Shown here one piece after another: positions 62,828 to 64,000 of a stretch of 64,000 nt of DNA. The DNA comes from Trichosphaerium sp. ATCC 40318. Taxonomy: Eukaryota > Protista > Tubulinea. Both the position numbers and the translations under genes were made by a program. Position 1 is the stretch's first letter, and each line of letters begins with the position of its first letter. Location of the stretch: assembly GCA_038496445.1 (NCBI GenBank), contig JALMLS010000079.1, positions 158,758-222,757 on the forward strand. Direction: 5' to 3'. The notes below the pieces were generated by a model. The model was given only the letters and a program-made list of their open reading frames with translations. It was not told where the DNA came from and did no database searches.

Positions 62828-64000
62828 ATGGACGGAAGAATTATAGCTTTAGTGTGTCTATGTACCTTCGTATCACTCATATCAGCTCATGGACGCCTTA
62901 CAGTACCTGAAACAAGGGACGTACAAAACGGCAGACGTATTGACCAGCAACACGCTCCAGTATTCCTTCAAAACGGCGATTGGGTATCAGGACACGTGTG
63001 CAGAGATCTTCCTTTTGTCGGTTCAACAGCAACGTACCAAGCCGGAGAAACTTACTCAACTGAATGGTTCTTCGAAGCAAATCATCCTGGAGATTGCTTT
63101 TTCTACCTCTCCTTCGATAATGAACAAACTTGGGCTAAGATAGCCGAGATCCGCGATTGTCACCTCATAAGTGGATGGGATATGTACATTCCTTCTTGGG
63201 TTCCTAGTGGACCTGCAGTACTTCGCTGGGAATGGTATGCTCTTCAACAAGTCGTCAATGTTGAGCACTATCTTCAATGTGCCGATGTCACTATCACTGG
63301 CGGGAACACAGGAGCTGTTTCATGGACCCCAGTTGTTACTATCCCTGGTCACCTTCCTTTGGACGCTAGCGGCTACAGACGCGTGTATGATGTAGGCGCT
63401 CCTTTCTTCTTCACTGGACCTGCAGTGGCACAGTTTATGTCTGGTGGTACATTTAGTCCTACTAATCAACCAGTAGCACCACCACCAATGAGTGGTAGTA
63501 CTCCTACACCATCCGGTGCCGCTTTTTGTCCAACTATTTCAAACGTTGTAATCAACAGTACGCCTTTGGTGTTTCGTTCTGCATTTTTTTTACTGTATTT
63601 ACTTTTTCTTTAGACTTTGGCACAAGTATGAACGTCCTTGTATCTCTCACAGCACCATCAAGTGGCGCTCCAGTAAGGTCTATAAGAGTAAGACAAGTAT
63701 CTCCATCTGGAGCTACAACGGACAATTGTTGGTCATCTACTGGCGTAGTTGCCTCTGCATCAGCCACTGAAACAGGCACTAAATTCGTATGTGCTGTTTT
63801 CGAAAACGTTTTTTTTGACTGATAACTAACCTATTTTTTTAGATCAGCTTGTACAATCCTTGGCCAGCAGGTACTGAGATTATGGTGATCGGATGTGCTT
63901 GGGATCTTGGCGATGACAATATTGCAGTATCTGTAATAGAAGTAAATGGTAACGCATGTTAGCACTGTTTAAGTAATAAATATCCATCTTTTCAGTGAAG
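62828..64000 (+). CDS. Lytic polysaccharide monooxygenase (His-brace copper enzyme) with linker and further C-terminal domain; runs off window end
   Basis: Signal peptide ends ISA followed by His1 (HGRL); second His in ANHPGDC; LRWEWYALQ..EHYLQCADVTI; Pro/Thr linker; further exons to the window end. Confidence 0.85.

Noticed and set aside
1-64000. Alternative genetic code or stop-codon readthrough to explain the many short ORFs
   Set aside because: ORF breaks coincide with GT/GC-AG introns, and TAA, TAG and TGA all terminate assembled genes.
1-64000. CRISPR arrays, tRNA or rRNA genes, transposases, reverse transcriptases
   Set aside because: I recognised no repeat-spacer array, cloverleaf, rRNA-like block or DDE/RT/HUH motifs by eye. 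A covariance-model scan was not possible.
10872-64000. Peroxidase, Kelch protein, sulfatase, MFS transporter and LPMO as a polysaccharide-utilisation cluster
   Set aside because: They are spread over >50 kb among unrelated housekeeping genes. Only the sulfatase and MFS are adjacent (convergent), which is weak evidence.

Overview
Gene-dense, AT-rich (~35% GC by eye) eukaryotic DNA with many short (~30-110 nt) spliceosomal introns. The usual donor is GTACGT/GTAC and the genetic code is standard. The architecture resembles a free-living protist, plausibly an amoebozoan (inference). About 25 genes or gene remnants can be assembled by hand. They include a MORN protein (partial), an Endonuclease I-family nuclease, a DNRLRE/CBM96-like + animal-type heme peroxidase, an LZTR1-like Kelch-BTB-BTB protein ending in a CaaX box, a PA-domain multi-pass membrane protein, a secreted Kelch protein, LETM1-like, GGCT-like, F-box/LRR proteins, an iduronate-2-sulfatase-like enzyme, a nodulin-like MFS transporter, several secreted/GPI-type surface proteins, a type IIA topoisomerase-like gene and an LPMO. 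Three observations stand out. (1) The topoisomerase II-like protein keeps an intact TOPRIM/tyrosine cleavage core but has only a decayed remnant of the GHKL ATPase, no transducer, and an added C-terminal module that looks like two RRM-type folds. (2) The palindrome CACGTG is about 10-fold over-represented, and its TCACGTGA form is concentrated in introns. (3) Two patches (6.6-16.1 kb and 45.8-56.0 kb) contain local inverted and direct duplications with scrambled gene fragments. Exon boundaries were assembled by eye, and no database searches were run.
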